Under the pieces are notes generated by a model that was given only the letters and a program-made list of their open reading frames with translations, ran no database searches and was not told where the DNA came from. Below are positions 13,620 through 26,200 of a stretch of DNA of 64,000 bases, piece by piece (position 1 is the stretch's first letter; every line of letters starts with the position of its first letter). Source of the stretch: Octopus bimaculoides. Its lineage: Eukaryota. The stretch is taken from positions 144,227,892 through 144,291,891 of the forward strand of contig NC_068982.1 of assembly GCF_001194135.2 (NCBI RefSeq). The letters are read 5' to 3'. Position numbers and translations under genes: made by a program.

Positions 13620-13830
13620 ATGGTGCTACATAAAAAACACTGGTGATGGTGCTATATAAAAAGCACCCGGTACACACTATAAAGTAGTTAACGTTAGGAA
13701 GGGCATCCACCTATAGAAACCAGGCCAAAGCAGACTATGAAACCTGGTGCAGACCCTGGCTTTGCCAGCTCCTATCAAGCCATCCAAGCCATGCCAGCAT
13801 TGAAAATGGACATTGAATAATGACGACGAT
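13620..13830 (+). mobile_element. RTE-type 3' tail (family A)
   Basis: aaaagcacc...gttaggaagggcatcca...ccatgccagcat...taatgacgacgat, matching the other family A copies. Confidence 0.8.
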
Positions 13831-14344
13831 AGTTCATGGTGTTTTCTGACTTTACAAGTTGGCAGGGGACAGGGAGGAAAAAATCCCTGAATCATTAATT
13901 TGATTCTTCTAAGTAACAACTTGGTAAATTTGTTGAGTGTTGGATAAATTGCCTTGCAGTATTTGTTCCTGTTTCCTGGAAGAAATTTAGAGAGAGTAAG
14001 GGTTGCTGTCAGGTTTTAAAATGTCCAATACACAGTGTGTTATAGCAGTGCTCTTATGATTCAGTCAGGTACTGAAGATCCAAGACAAGTAGTGCAGTGT
14101 CAACAAGTTGATGTACTATAACATTTAAAATATTACAAACCTCAGTGAAGTGCTTGCATTATACAATTAAAAAAAAAATCCACTATTTAGAAGAGCTTTA
14201 AATAGAACTATAATGAATTTATCAGAAACAGTTTTTTTCTTTTTCAGGTTTTGCAGAATTTGTGTGTGAATAAAACAGATGGCTTAAAATTGTACCACAT
14301 TCACCTGCTAGCTTTAACCAAAGCAAGTCAGAATTAAGTTTCAT

Positions 14345-14670
14345 TATCTTTAATCCACAGTATCATGGACATTTTAACTTATCTCTTATTTGCTTCAGTC
14401 ATTGGACTACGGCTATGCCGAAGGATTTAGTCAAATAAATTCTATCAGTCTTCTTTTGCCAAACTGCTAAGTAATGAAGGCGTAAACAAACCAACACCCA
14501 TGGTCATGTAGTAGTGGGAGACACATATATATCTGATAGGCTTCTTTCAGTTCTCCCCTACCAAAACTACTCACAAGGTTTAGCTCAGCCCAGGGCTATA
14601 GTAGAAGACACTTGCTCAAAATGTCACGCAGTTGGAAAGCAAACTTCTTACCACACAGCCATACATGCGC
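14345..14670 (-). mobile_element. tRNA-derived SINE family B, degenerate
   Basis: Reverse-complement similarity to 46920-47343 in both head and tail. Confidence 0.65.
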
Positions 14671-15034
14671 CCAAGGTAATGACATACACACATCATAATT
14701 ACTAAATGGAGAATAAACAGTTTTTCTTACAGTTTCTTTCTTAAACTTTTAGTTTTAAGTGCTTTTAGCATCAAAATAGCTGCATTTTCCAATCTGCACA
14801 CTGAAACAGGTCTCTCCTTTTCAAGTCACCTTTTAAATAATGTGTGTGTCCTTTCACTTACAAAGAAAGGACACTAAACAAACATTCTATCTTACATATC
14901 TAAAACTCCACTCACTAATTATCAAACAATCACACCTAGAATGATATAGCATGCATCAAAAAAAAAAAAAGAAAAAAAACAAGTTGTCTGTCTTGCACCA
15001 TGAAGTTGTGTTCATTCTGTCTCTTTTTACAACG

Positions 15035-15270
15035 GTTCCTGTGAACCAAAAGAGGCTTCTATGCCAACACTCAATCTGCTAGAAATAGGAGTAAAATCTC
15101 CATCAAACCACATCTTATTATCATAAAAGTAGAGGGGTACGAGATATATATTGTCAGACAAAAAGAAAACAATTTTAAATAAAAAGACAGGATGGTCACG
15201 ATTAAAATGCCTTCAATTGCATAGGCTACTCAAATATGGCTTATCTGGGGTTAAGCAACATGAACTCCCA
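15035..15270 (+). repeat. Old interspersed SINE-like repeat (family E); further copies near 2190-2340, 12130-12540(-), 16080-16150(-), 16700-16760, 23895-24310(-), 24930-25160, 37140-37320, 40070-40300, 51650-51830, 60730-60880
   Basis: Recurrent motif ctgctagaaatagcagccaaatctccctcaaatcacac...ggataatgtagtcct...gatggtcatggctagaatgc seen in many degenerate copies. Confidence 0.6.
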
Positions 15271-15449
15271 TTGTCTGAATTCTTCTAAACTTGTTGACAT
15301 ATCTCTCCTCCACATAAACACACACCTAAAATAACCTCCCACTATCTGTAAAAAGTCAACAAATCCTATCCACGCCCTACAAAATACTGGCCCTTCTTTC
15401 TTTGTTTCAAATTAATCATTAACTATCCTTTTGGACCACCTTATACATA

Positions 15450-15748
15450 TATATAAAGGGGTCCAGCTAATACGATTAACGGAACAGCTTGCTTGTGAAA
15501 TTAACGTGCAAGTGGCTGAGCAATCCACAGACATGTGTACCCCTAAAGTAGTTCTCAGAGATTCAACGTGACACAGAGTGTGACAAAGCTGGCCCTTTGA
15601 CATATATGTACTACTCATTTTTGCCAGCTGAGTGGACTGGAGCAACGTGAAATAAAATGTCTTGCTCAAGGACACAACGCATCGCTGGGAATTGAACTCA
15701 CGACCTTACAATCGTGAGTCGAATGCCCTAACAACTAAGCCATGCGCC
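15450..15748 (-). mobile_element. tRNA-derived SINE family C, well preserved
   Basis: Minus strand begins ggcgcatggcttagttgttagggcattcgactcacgattgtaaggtcgtgagttcaattccc (A- and B-boxes); adjacent to a (CA)n tract. Confidence 0.85.

Positions 15749-15749
<1 letters not shown>

Positions 15750-15794
<45 letters not shown>
15750..15794. repeat. (CA)n microsatellite; similar tracts at about 20776-20814, 47100-47136, 47477-47564, 56690-56718, 62654-62721
   Basis: Direct inspection. Confidence 0.95.
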
Positions 15795-15797
<3 letters not shown>

Positions 15798-16781
15798 TGC
15801 CAATAACATTTCTCCTCTAACAACACACAACGAAAAATAAATAATTAAAAGGTAATTTCCAAACTTTAACACAAGCCACATTCATCCTGACAGGACGTTC
15901 ACATTCTGTAAGAAAGTGTATTTATTCCAATATAGAACAAAAATGCTTTACAAGTGAGTGGGGTGAGTGAGTGAGTGAGTATGGCGTTATATGTGGCTGT
16001 TTGGCTGTATTACATCTGAAACAATAATACATTAAGTTAGCTAATATTTCCAGCACCCACCACCTGGCATCAAAATGAGCCAACGTGAGAATCACTACGT
16101 GGTCGCAGAACCTACTGGAAATACCAGCAAAATCTCCCTTAGTCACACCATACTCTCTGAACAAACTAAAACAAATTGCACAGATGTAAAGTGAAAGGAG
16201 AGCAAATAGTAATTAATAATCGGTAAAACTTGTCAACAGTCGATACTATAGGTATTGATTATAAAATGCAGCTGATTTAATTTTAATGCTTTTGTTGACG
16301 GAGTTTTGGGATAGCAGTCACTCGAAGTTCTATATAGTTCGTGGGGAAGAAGAAAAAATAAAAGCCACCTCATCAATTTTTAATATTCCTCTGATACCGG
16401 AGAAAAGGAGAGGGGGGGGGGAAGAAAATTAACATTCCTTCGATATTGATCTAAATCGGTATGAGACGACGTCATTCACTTTCTATTTCAGCCTAGCCTT
16501 TTCATCTGTCATGATGAAGGGCTGTGTGGGTGCATGACGTCGTGTATCATCAACATCAAAGGATTGCCAAAGAGGCAACGTTTCGTTTATTTCAATTTTT
16601 TACATTTCACGCTACACTTCTGTACTCTTTTCCTTTTCCGTGAAGTATGGGACTTCGAAGGATAGTTGTTCCAAAAGCCCATTTATTTCGAGAAAAAAAA
16701 TCAACTTTGGTATACAGTATGATGGTCATGGCTAGAATGCATCTGATTATAAGAAGTCAACACAATGAGAGGCAACGCAAA

Positions 16782-16892
16782 GCGGCGGAGGTTAAGAATA
16801 CGTACACCACCCGTTTTCGGCGTAACAAAAGAGCCCTAAGTTTTGCCCCTAGCTCTAACCACCGGGTGTACGTATTCTTTACTTTCGCCCGC
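16782..16892 (+). other. Imperfect inverted repeat / RNA hairpin with a perfect 14-bp core stem
   Basis: aagaatacgtacac (16794-16807) pairs perfectly with gtgtacgtattctt (16866-16879). The outer stem GCGGCGGAGG/CUUUCGCCCGC pairs through G-U on the + strand. Confidence 0.6.
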
Positions 16893-18260
16893 AAAGCCAA
16901 ACAACAGCAACTGACATTAAAAAGCATGACGATAAATAAGACAAATAAAACCATGTCCAAATTCACAAATAACTGAAATGCTTTACAATAACAGCACTAA
17001 GCAATAAAACTTCGTTAACAAAATGTGTTAGGTTTGAAACACTAAAACTACATTACAGTAGAGTATACAATGAGAGACATTGTCAACTTGGTATGCTGAA
17101 AACAACGTGTGCAACAGTGTGTGTGTGTGTGTGTGTGTGTGTGCAACAATGAGTGGTATGTATGTAGATACAAACTTGCACAATAAAACAAAACACTGTT
17201 TGTTACGCATGACACCACTACTGTATGTCAATCAGCAAGCACATGAATGGCTAAATAACATAGATGTAAATATGTCATGCGAAGGTGGGGGTGTGCGTAT
17301 TCAGAAAAAGAGACGTAGCTATCTTTATACATATTTGTTTTGGATGATATATCAAGAACTCCTGCGTTCAATCTATTTCCTTCAAACAGACATTACTGCA
17401 AGAGCTTTAATTAATATCAATTATTTATCAAGCATTGATCCATGTAAAAAGATTAATCCGTTTTTTTAGGTGAAAGGTGCACTACGAAGCGAATGTGCAC
17501 ATATTAAATATATATATATACATACACACACACAGCTGTGTGCCTGTCATTCTAGCTGTCTCTACGTACACACCAAGTTACTTAAAACATTCACTAAACT
17601 GTCGTAATAATGAATAAAGAAATGTAAATTCTGCAAATAGTTTTTCTCCTTTATTTATAAAGTGTTGAGTCAAAAATGTTTATCGTTATCATCATGAGCA
17701 TTACTAAAATGGGCTGGAGGGACGTAATGAAAGAAACAGCCAAATGCCAAACTAAATTACCTTGCGGTATACCTAGTTCAGCCTTTGATCTCGATCTCTC
17801 GTGTTCAAATCCCACCTGGCTTAACAGTGCCTCTTCTCCTTCCCAGGAGTCGACTTGAAATAAGTATGTTATGACTGTACGTTCCACCACCTACAGAAGT
17901 AATCATCATCACCAGCAGCGGTAGTAGTAGTAGTGTCATATTCCTGATAATGATGCACATTATAGGCCCCCACCCATACACACTTGTGTGTGTGTGTGTG
18001 TGTTTCAACATGACGTTTCTGTTGCCCATAACGAAACATTGCCGATATTTCAAACACAAATCTACACAGTAAAAGAATTATAGCGATTGTCAAACGAGAC
18101 AAATGAACCAGTTATCTTTCTAGCAGTAAAAATAAAAACTGCAATAAAGTAAAGTTATGAGTAAAAAATGCTTTTATAGAAAAGATGAAAAGAATCCAGC
18201 AAATCCCAGACTCAGTCTTCAATACCTCAACCATAATGGGCAAAATATCTATCTATCTAT

Positions 18261-18333
<73 letters not shown>

Positions 18334-18829
18334 TATGAAGAGAATCAGTTTTCGTCATTAAACCAGGGCCCATCTAAAATGAATGTTCTTATGATACTGA
18401 AGTCGGATAGTGTTAGGGACAGTGTCAAATAAGGGTACAGTATATTAGAGAGAGGGAGAGAGAGAGAGAGAGAGAGAGACGGGGTGAGATGAGGTCAGTG
18501 GTGTTAAAGGAGGGTCATCTCGAAAATAAAGTGGATAGGTACAATAATAGCAACATGTCTGTCAATGCTTTCCTACTAGGTTCTCCTTTCTGTGTCACTG
18601 ACGGACACAAACAGAAATGCAGACACAAACACAAACACGTGAAAAAGGAAACATTCCAATTATTCCTCTCACGTGGTTCAAAAGAATTTGAGAAGTCATT
18701 CAAAACAACTCAATTTTTTCGAGAACTGTTAAATAGATGATATATATTACACGTCTAAATTTACGTGTTCTTAAATAACACACATAAACAATCGACTATT
18801 TCAACGATTTCCAGTGTCCTCTCCTTCCT

Positions 18830-18960
18830 CATAATGACTATAGACACAAAACCTGAAATTTGGAGGTCGAGAGTATCGATTACATCGATCTCAGTGTTCA
18901 AATGGTACTTATTCTATCGACCCCAAAAGATGAAAGACAAAGTCAATAATCACATAATCT
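18830..18960 (-). mobile_element. SINE family D, partial
   Basis: cctgaaatttgg...tcgattacatcgatc...ggtacttattctatcgaccccaaaagatgaaagacaaagtc is the reverse complement of the family D body. Confidence 0.6.
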
Positions 18961-20765
18961 TTTTAAAATTCCAAATTTCATTGTGTGTGTGTGTGTATGT
19001 GTGCCAACCATTTTTTTTTCATCCCACATTAAATTCCGATAAAATTGTAATTTACACCATCTGAAAACTATCTGTAGACAATTTCATTGAAAAATACCAA
19101 TTTTTCCTAGTTATGGGGGAAAACAAAATCAACTAGTGTGCATGATCCGGAACTCTCCACAACAAACTTCGATATGATCGCAATCTACACTATCTGAAGG
19201 GTATTTGGAGAAAATATCAAGAAAAAAATATTCATTTTTCTGAAAGTTATGAGGAAACAAAATCAGGATGTGTGTGTGTGTGTGGGGGTACATTTGTGTA
19301 GGTGTGCCGATAATACTTGTCACAATAAGTAACAAGAAAAAAAAAGTCGTTTAACAATATTGGTCAACATTAGTATTATGACTTTCATTACGACCCGAAC
19401 GAAAAAGTATGAAGAGACTTGAACACATCTTTCCTCATTTCCCAACTAATATATATATATATATATATTTTTCCTCCTGGAAAATTCAAGAGAGATTAAA
19501 AAGAAAACGACATAAATACTATCATTTCAACTCAAATAACGTATTTCAGAAATATGAAACTTTCAATAGGAAATATTAAATTATGAAGACCACTACAACA
19601 CCAACAACAATAATAAACAATAATCACTTGTTGATAGAACGGGTGCGAAATTGAAATTGGTAAGTAGATGGGTGGCGAGTTTTAAAAACAAACCGTACGT
19701 ACCGTGGTGATAAATACTCAACATTTTATATATATATANNNNNNNNNNNNNNNNNNNNNNNNNNNNNNNNNNNNNNNNNNNNNNNNNNNNNNNNNNNNNN
19801 NNNNNNNNNNNNNNNNNNNNNNNNNNNNNNNNNNNNNNNNNNNNNNNNNNNNNNNNNNNNNNNNNNNNNNNNNNNNNNNNNNNNNNNNNNNNNNNNNNNN
19901 NNNNNNNNNNNNNNNNNNNNNNNNNNNNNNNNNNNNNNNNNNNNNNNNNNNNNNNNNTTATTTCAGGAAATACTCTACAAACTTTTGGTTACGACTGTAA
20001 AAAAAAAAGTTATCTAAAAGAAAACAGTAAGGGAACTAACTAGAGAAGAAGAAGAAAAGGTGGTAGAGGATAATATGGTCCTGTTAATGTAACTTTGGCT
20101 TCGTGCCAACATAACAGCGAGAGAACGGGAGAGTGTAAAATATATATTGAACATTTTCCCGCAACCTCGGCTTCCACCTAAAGTCGCTCACCGGCATTTA
20201 TGTATCTCATCCCACTTCCACCGTTGCGAGTAACTAAATCCACACATATACACACACACAAAACTCATTCTCTCTTTCAATCTCCTCTCCTTGCAGAGCG
20301 AGACATAGGAGGAGAAGACGGAGGAGGAAAAAGTAGAGTGAGAGGGGGTAGCATGCAATAGAAGTACCTACGGTATGCCGTTGGTACTTATTGTTAACTT
20401 ACGATGATGGCCTTACAGCTAACAAGTTATGTCTGTATTAAAACGCTAAGCCAGCTTAGAAAGAATTTGACAAGTAACATTTTTCCTATCATACTTCCAT
20501 ATTTTAGGGGAACGTTTTCACTTTGTTTGAAAAGAAAAAGAAAGAAAAAAAAAAGATAAATCTAAATGTCACTATATAACTAACTTGCTTGAACATTCAG
20601 AGCTCTCTGTTCATTCCAGCAGGCAGCCAGTCAGCTTGCCTTACTGACTTTAATAATTGATTTCTCTTCTTTTTTTTCAATTTTTTTTAATGGGTATTGC
20701 TGAGAAAGCGGTGTTTATATCTATGTAAACGAGTACACGCCCAAAACATGCCATATGCATCCAAA

Positions 20766-20819
<54 letters not shown>

Positions 20820-21829
20820 TTCGAATATTCAATAACTCATTAAGGACTAATTTCTCCAACAAATGTTTTACTTACCACCAACAGTTTGAATTATACTATT
20901 TTTCTTCATTTATTTGCAAAATCAGTCTACAAAAGCCTGTTGCCCCTTAAAGACAGTTTGACTTTTTTTTTGGGGGGGGAGCATTAGAATTACTAAAGAG
21001 GAATTGCACATACAAGAAATACAAGGGGAGGTGCTGATAACTAGAAGAATGAGCACTTAAGTGAAGGCGGGCATGTGAATCTACGTGGGTGTAATCAATA
21101 TTGCCCTTGATATATTACCATATTACTGCAGACTGGGGAATACGAGAAGGGTAGAGATTTTAAGTAAAAGAATGGGGAAAGATGTTTAATAAGGGGTAAA
21201 CTTGAAAACGACTAATCCAAGCATAAAATGTGCTTTTTGTGATAGGATACAGACATGATTTACGTGAAAGGAGTTTGTTCTAACAACTGAGTCAATTGCA
21301 GCAGAGGTTTTCGAGTAGAAACGCTGTCTTAGACAACTCTGCTGGAGCAGACTTCTTATGAGCTACCAAGAGAGTATGTTATGCTACTCAACATGCACAT
21401 CAGAGTTGCTATATCGCCAAAGTGGGTACATGATGACAGCAACAACGTCACCAATAAAAAAAAAAGGGGGCTACATTTAAAGTAAATTATATATTATATG
21501 TAAACAGGGTAGTATTTTTGACACAAAATATAGTGGAAACAGTAAAAGATTGAAAATCTACATTTTGTGGGGGGAACAATATAAAAACAGACAGAAGCTA
21601 AATATCTAGTGGTGAATTGGTCCTAATACAGATGAATGAGACACAAATGTTTTTTGGTGAAAACTGAATAGCTTTAATCCCTGTTTGATTTATTTTACCA
21701 ATGAATGAAAATTCCTTAAGTTGAGTGAAATATTTAGGGGAAAGATACACATCAAATGGATTGGATTCGGTATGTGGTCAAAACTTTTTTGAAGAACAAA
21801 TTTTATTTATTTTGTGGGATTTAAATTCA

Positions 21830-22180
21830 GAAGTCATTGTCGTGGCTGATGCCAGTGCCAGCTGACTGGTCCTGTGCCAGTGTCATGTAAAAAGCACCAT
21901 TTATGTGTGGTCATTGCCAGTACCACCTGACCTGGCCCCCATGCTGGTGGAATGTAAGAGAACCATTCGAGTATGGCTGAAGCCAGTACCACCTGACTGG
22001 CCCTCGTGTTGGTGGTATGTAAAAAGCACCCACTACACTCTCAGAATGGTTGGCATTAGGAAGGGCATCCAGCTGTAGAAACATTGTCAGATCAGATTGG
22101 AGCCTGGTGCAGCCTTCTGGCTCGCCAGCCCTTAGTCAAACTGTCCACAGAGGTTAAACGACAATGATGATGATGATGAA
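21830..22180 (+). mobile_element. RTE-type 3' tail (family A) with three internal tandem units of about 64 bp
   Basis: gccagtaccacctgactggcc...tgtaaaaagcacc repeated three times, then the standard tail ending in (GAT)n. Confidence 0.85.
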
Positions 22181-22294
22181 TGTAGGAAGATGAAACTAAA
22201 TGCTGAAAGGCATTTTCCGCTTGGTCTTACTCAGAAGAAACGATAATTATTCTTCGTAGAAATATTTTGAGAAGTTATTTCTGAACAGGATATT

Positions 22295-22555
22295 ATCATT
22301 TAACATCCATTTTCCAAGCTGGCATGGGTTGGATGGCTTGACAGGAACTAGTAAGGCCAGGGACTGCACCAGGTTCCATAGTCTGTTTTGGCTTGGTTTC
22401 TATGGCTAGATGCTTTCCTAATGTCAGTCACTCCACTGAGTATACTCAGTGTTTCCTATGTGGCACCATCACCAGTGCTTTTAAGTGGCACCTGCACCCA
22501 TACCAATCATTTTACGTGGCACCAGCACCCATACCAATCATTTTATGTGGCACCT
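22295..22555 (-). mobile_element. RTE-type 3' tail (family A), inverted relative to the 21830-22180 copy
   Basis: catcatttaacatccattttccaagctggcatgggttggatgg...atgctttcctaatg matches family A. Confidence 0.75.
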
Positions 22556-24029
22556 TGGTTTTAGGATCTCAATTCTGTTATGGAGGGAAGGTCTTTTAAA
22601 AGCAATTTTCTATGAAAAAAGAATAGTTTTTTTTGAATACCACATGTAAAGGGCCTATACAGAAAAAAATGATTTCTAACATAGAGGATATGCGAGTTGA
22701 AATGTTTGCAAAGGGAACAGTCATTTATATCAACCAAGAAAGGGTGAAAGGCAAAGTAAAATGTAGAATTAGAACTCTGAATGTAAATAGATGTAACTAA
22801 ATACTGCAAAGTATTTTGTTTGTTGCAACACACACAATTCAGTAAATGGATTTCCTTAGAATGAGATACAGCTGTAAGGATGCAATTAATACTTGTAGAC
22901 TAAACTGATGAAGTTCACTAATGAGCTGATGTAGCTGAAATACAACAAACCACAGGATACATTTCTATCACATGATTGACAGCTACTATTCATTTGCAAT
23001 TCAATAAATAAATGACATTCTTCAATACAGTGACATATATACAGGATGTTCTTCAGACTTTCATGTGCTCACACACAGTTCAATTAGTATTTGACAAAGG
23101 ATTACAAAGATAAAGCAAGTGATAAACATAATATTGTAGTATACAGATAATAAAGTGTTCTGTGAAACACACCTGAATGGAGAGAAATTGATTGTTTTAT
23201 AATGAAACAGATATTTTCAATGAAATACATTGACTTTTGCTATGATATAGAAACTAACGCATCAACATGAGAAAACAATATTAGCACTGTGTATATATGT
23301 GTATAAAAAGACTTCTCAAGTGTTTGTAACCTTACTTTCAGCATCATCATTTTCTGAATATAAACATATGGTTGTTATTGTTTCACTCATCCCTCATTAA
23401 TCAAAACAGTAATACAAGTGTGACCAATCAAACTAAACATACCATGTATAGAAGAATTTGGTATTTTAATTAGCTTTCTAAATCCCTTATTTCTGCAAAG
23501 TTATTACATTTTTGCTAATGAGAAGCCTTGCAACTAACTAATCAGAATCAATCTGTTTTACATGGTTAAAGATATCTGCAGTTACTTTTATATATATTTT
23601 TAGAAACAAATTTAATGAATCCATTAGCAGGTGTAATAACTGAGCAATTATATTTCCACTAATTAATGACTCAAAATGTATGGGTCTATACTCCATTGCA
23701 TAAAAGCATTACATGAAGTATAGTACGTTATTTGGGAACCACAGTTTACAAGTTAAGAATTAATTATAAGTGAAATCAAAATTATTCATAGAAACAAATA
23801 ACTTGTAGAACCATCCAACCAATGAAGGCATAAAGAACAAAAGCAAGAAATATTAAAATGCAAGAAAGGAATAATTGAAATTAATATTAAAGGAGGTTGT
23901 TGTTTAGTCTTGGGTCAGCCCTAACTAAGCAAACCTATAATGGAAGTGTTCCAATCGTGACTAACCTATTCTTCTCTCAGATGTATTGAATCGAAAATTA
24001 CATTATTCAATGCATCCTTTTTTGAGTTA

Positions 24030-24247
24030 CAGTAATCCCTTGACTCTCGTGGGTGTTATATTTCAAGACACCCTGCGATAGATGAAAATTCGTAAAGTAG
24101 AAACAGTACTGTATATTTTTTTTAATTATTTTTATAATTTGTAAATATTTATTTTATTATAAATGCAAAACAACACCACAGAGGAATTGATGTAAGCTTA
24201 AATATTAATCCGCAATAGGTGAACTACGATATGGCGAGGGATCACTA
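24030..24247. mobile_element. pogo/Tigger-like MITE inserted into a family E repeat
   Basis: TA|CAGTAATCCCTTGAC ... GGCGAGGGATCACTA terminal inverted repeats; the flanks join into a family E copy. Confidence 0.6.
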
Positions 24248-25034
24248 TGGAATGCAACTGAGGGAGATTTGGCTGCTATTTCCAACAGGTCAAGCAACCA
24301 TGCAGTGTTAGCATGTTGACTCATTAAAAGAAAGGTTTGGTACTTGTGTACTCTCATTTCCAAACTAGTAGACACCTCTTCTCTCTTTAATCCTGGCAAT
24401 ATTACAATATTCCATTGCTATGTGCACTGGTGTTGTTGTCAGCAGGCTTGGTGGCAGGGTGGGGTGGATGCAAGAAGAGAACAATAGGCAAATGTAACAG
24501 AATGAATAAATACAGGTTTTCCACAAACAAGGAAAAATACTTCAATGCCATAAGTGTTGACAGGGTGTAAAAACAGTATTGCAATCCAAGCGATGAAGGA
24601 TGACTATGTAAGAGCTGAGTTTGGCAAGTTAAAAAAATCCAAAATATTATGATTTAAAAAAAAAAAATGTTATGAATTACAAAGAAAACAATAACAAAAA
24701 TGTTTTCATAATATGCAAGGGCCATATTATCTAGTATAATTATCTATTGTCAACTGTTAGATACCATTTTTAGCGAGCTAATTTTGTCAAACTTCTCTAG
24801 GATTTTTTAATCTTCTAAAAAATCAACATAGACAGTCACTGTGATTTTCTATTAGATACATAATTGTTTTAATGATTTACGTATTTTACACTGGAAATCA
24901 TTCTCCAGCATAGAGTCCTTAAATAGTTATTTAACCTGCTTGAATAAGCAGTAAAATCTCTCTCTAATCATACCCTACAGTCTTGAGAGAGAGAAGACAA
25001 ACTGGATAATGTAATTCTAGATAGCTTTAAAAGA

Positions 25035-25068
<34 letters not shown>

Positions 25069-25429
25069 AGAATAAAGATGGTTCAGGTCAATCATCTTGT
25101 TCTTGTTTAGCCTTGTCCTGAGGCTAAACAACAACAACAATTTTGAGATAACCAAGGAAGCTTCAACATAGTTGCTTGGTTTGTTAAAAAATATTAAAAT
25201 CTCCTTCAAATGAGGAACACTTTGGATAATGTAGTTGCTGGGAAATAAAATGGGGTCATTAATGGACTGACTTACGGCTAAGCAACAATAATAATTGTAG
25301 ATGCTAATAGATGGGGCTCAATAAATGCTATAAATAATACAAAAATATTGTTGGAAAATAGATAAGCATTTAGGTGCATGAATTACTGTGGTGTTAATAA
25401 TTTAGAAGAGCTGTCAAGCCATTTGAAAT

Positions 25430-25650
25430 CATAGTCATGGCTGATGCTGGTGTCATGTAACTGGCACCCATACCAGTGGCACGTTAAAAGCACCTATTAC
25501 ATTCTTGGAGTGGTTGGCGTTAGGGAGGGTATCCAGCTGTTGAAACCATGCCAAATCAGATTGGAACCTGGCGCAGCCCTCCAGTTTACTAGTTTCAGTC
25601 AAACCATCTAACCCATGCCAGCATGGAAAGCAGATGCTAAATGATGATGA
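25430..25650 (+). mobile_element. RTE-type 3' tail (family A)
   Basis: gtggcacgttaaaagcacc...ggagtggttggcgttagg...catgccagcatggaaagcagatgctaaatgatgatga. Confidence 0.8.
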
Positions 25651-25879
25651 GAGTGCTAAGTGGGTATGCAAAAATGCAAAAAGCCTAGAAGAGACTGCTC
25701 AGAAGACCTCTAAGATAATGAGAAACAAAATAGTTAAACAACTCAGGTCCAAATGGAAGAGAAGAGGAAGATCAAGGGAAGAATTATTTTTCTAAATGTT
25801 TTAAGTAAATTTTTGATCAATTAATTGAGTTTATATATGAGAATGATGAATACCAGATTATAATCAATCTTAAAATTTA

Positions 25880-26200
25880 TATGCATATAATATGAAAAGT
25901 GAGACAGGAACTACTATAAAGAAGAAAGAACAGTTTATAATATTGTTGTGGGAGCATATATGAAGTGAGATAATCTGGGAACAGAGTGGAGTAAACCATG
26001 TGACTGTAGAATATCAAAAGCAAAAGTTCCACTGGGTGAGATATGTTGCAAAGGTCACAGACAAGTAAACCCATGCAGTTATGTTAAGTGGTATCAAAGA
26101 GATTGGAAGAAACCACTCAGAAGAACTGCAAAACGATGAGAAGACAACATGGTCAAACAATTCAGGCCCAAATAGAAGAAAATACCACAATCACGGGAAG
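25880..26200 (+). mobile_element. Decayed RTE-like LINE 3' coding remnant
   Basis: Translates to EQSGVNHVTVEYQKQKFHWVRYVAKVTDK and then WYQRDWKKPLRRTAKR*ED, resembling RWAGHVAR...WYPRD.KRP.GRP..RWED. Confidence 0.6.

Larger units (their letters stand above)
16200..20500. promoter_or_regulatory. CpG-enriched, promoter-like intronic domain
   Basis: Visibly more CpG than the rest of the window. Contains CRE-like TGACGTCG sites (16466-16475, 16534-16543), CACGTG E-boxes (about 18636, 18670), GA/CA tracts and a candidate minus-strand first-exon donor ATGCCG|gtgagc at 20192. Confidence 0.4.

Noticed and set aside
15690-15748. tRNA-like sequences here and at 46560 and 46920
   Set aside because: They are SINE heads with A/B boxes continuing into repeat bodies, not cloverleaf tRNA genes.
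16830-16862. CCCTAA/CTAACC motifs in the hairpin loop suggesting a telomerase RNA template
   Set aside because: No contiguous 1.5-repeat template (for example CUAACCCU) and no other telomerase RNA elements recognised.
16647-16976. Overlapping ORFs of 109 aa (+) and 69 aa (-), including LFREKK similar to FERM YFREKK
   Set aside because: Wrong strand for FRMD4. The ORFs arise from a family E repeat plus the inverted repeat, which explains why both strands read KNTYT...RVYVF.
17760-17870. Minus-strand exon-like ORF (VDSWEGEEALLSQVGFEHERSRSKAELGIPQ) with splice-like ends
   Set aside because: The plus strand is a degenerate family D SINE body (gttcaaatcccacc...gtcgact); no protein homology.
21830-22020. 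Regularly spaced repeats of about 64 bp that could be mistaken for a CRISPR-like array
   Set aside because: Spacers are themselves homologous, and the array is the internal tandem repeat of the RTE 3' UTR in a eukaryotic genome with no cas genes.
22901-22945. CTGATGA followed by a 6-bp stem (AGTTCA/TGAGCT), hammerhead-like
   Set aside because: GATG follows instead of GAAA, and no stem I/III or cleavage triplet can be formed.
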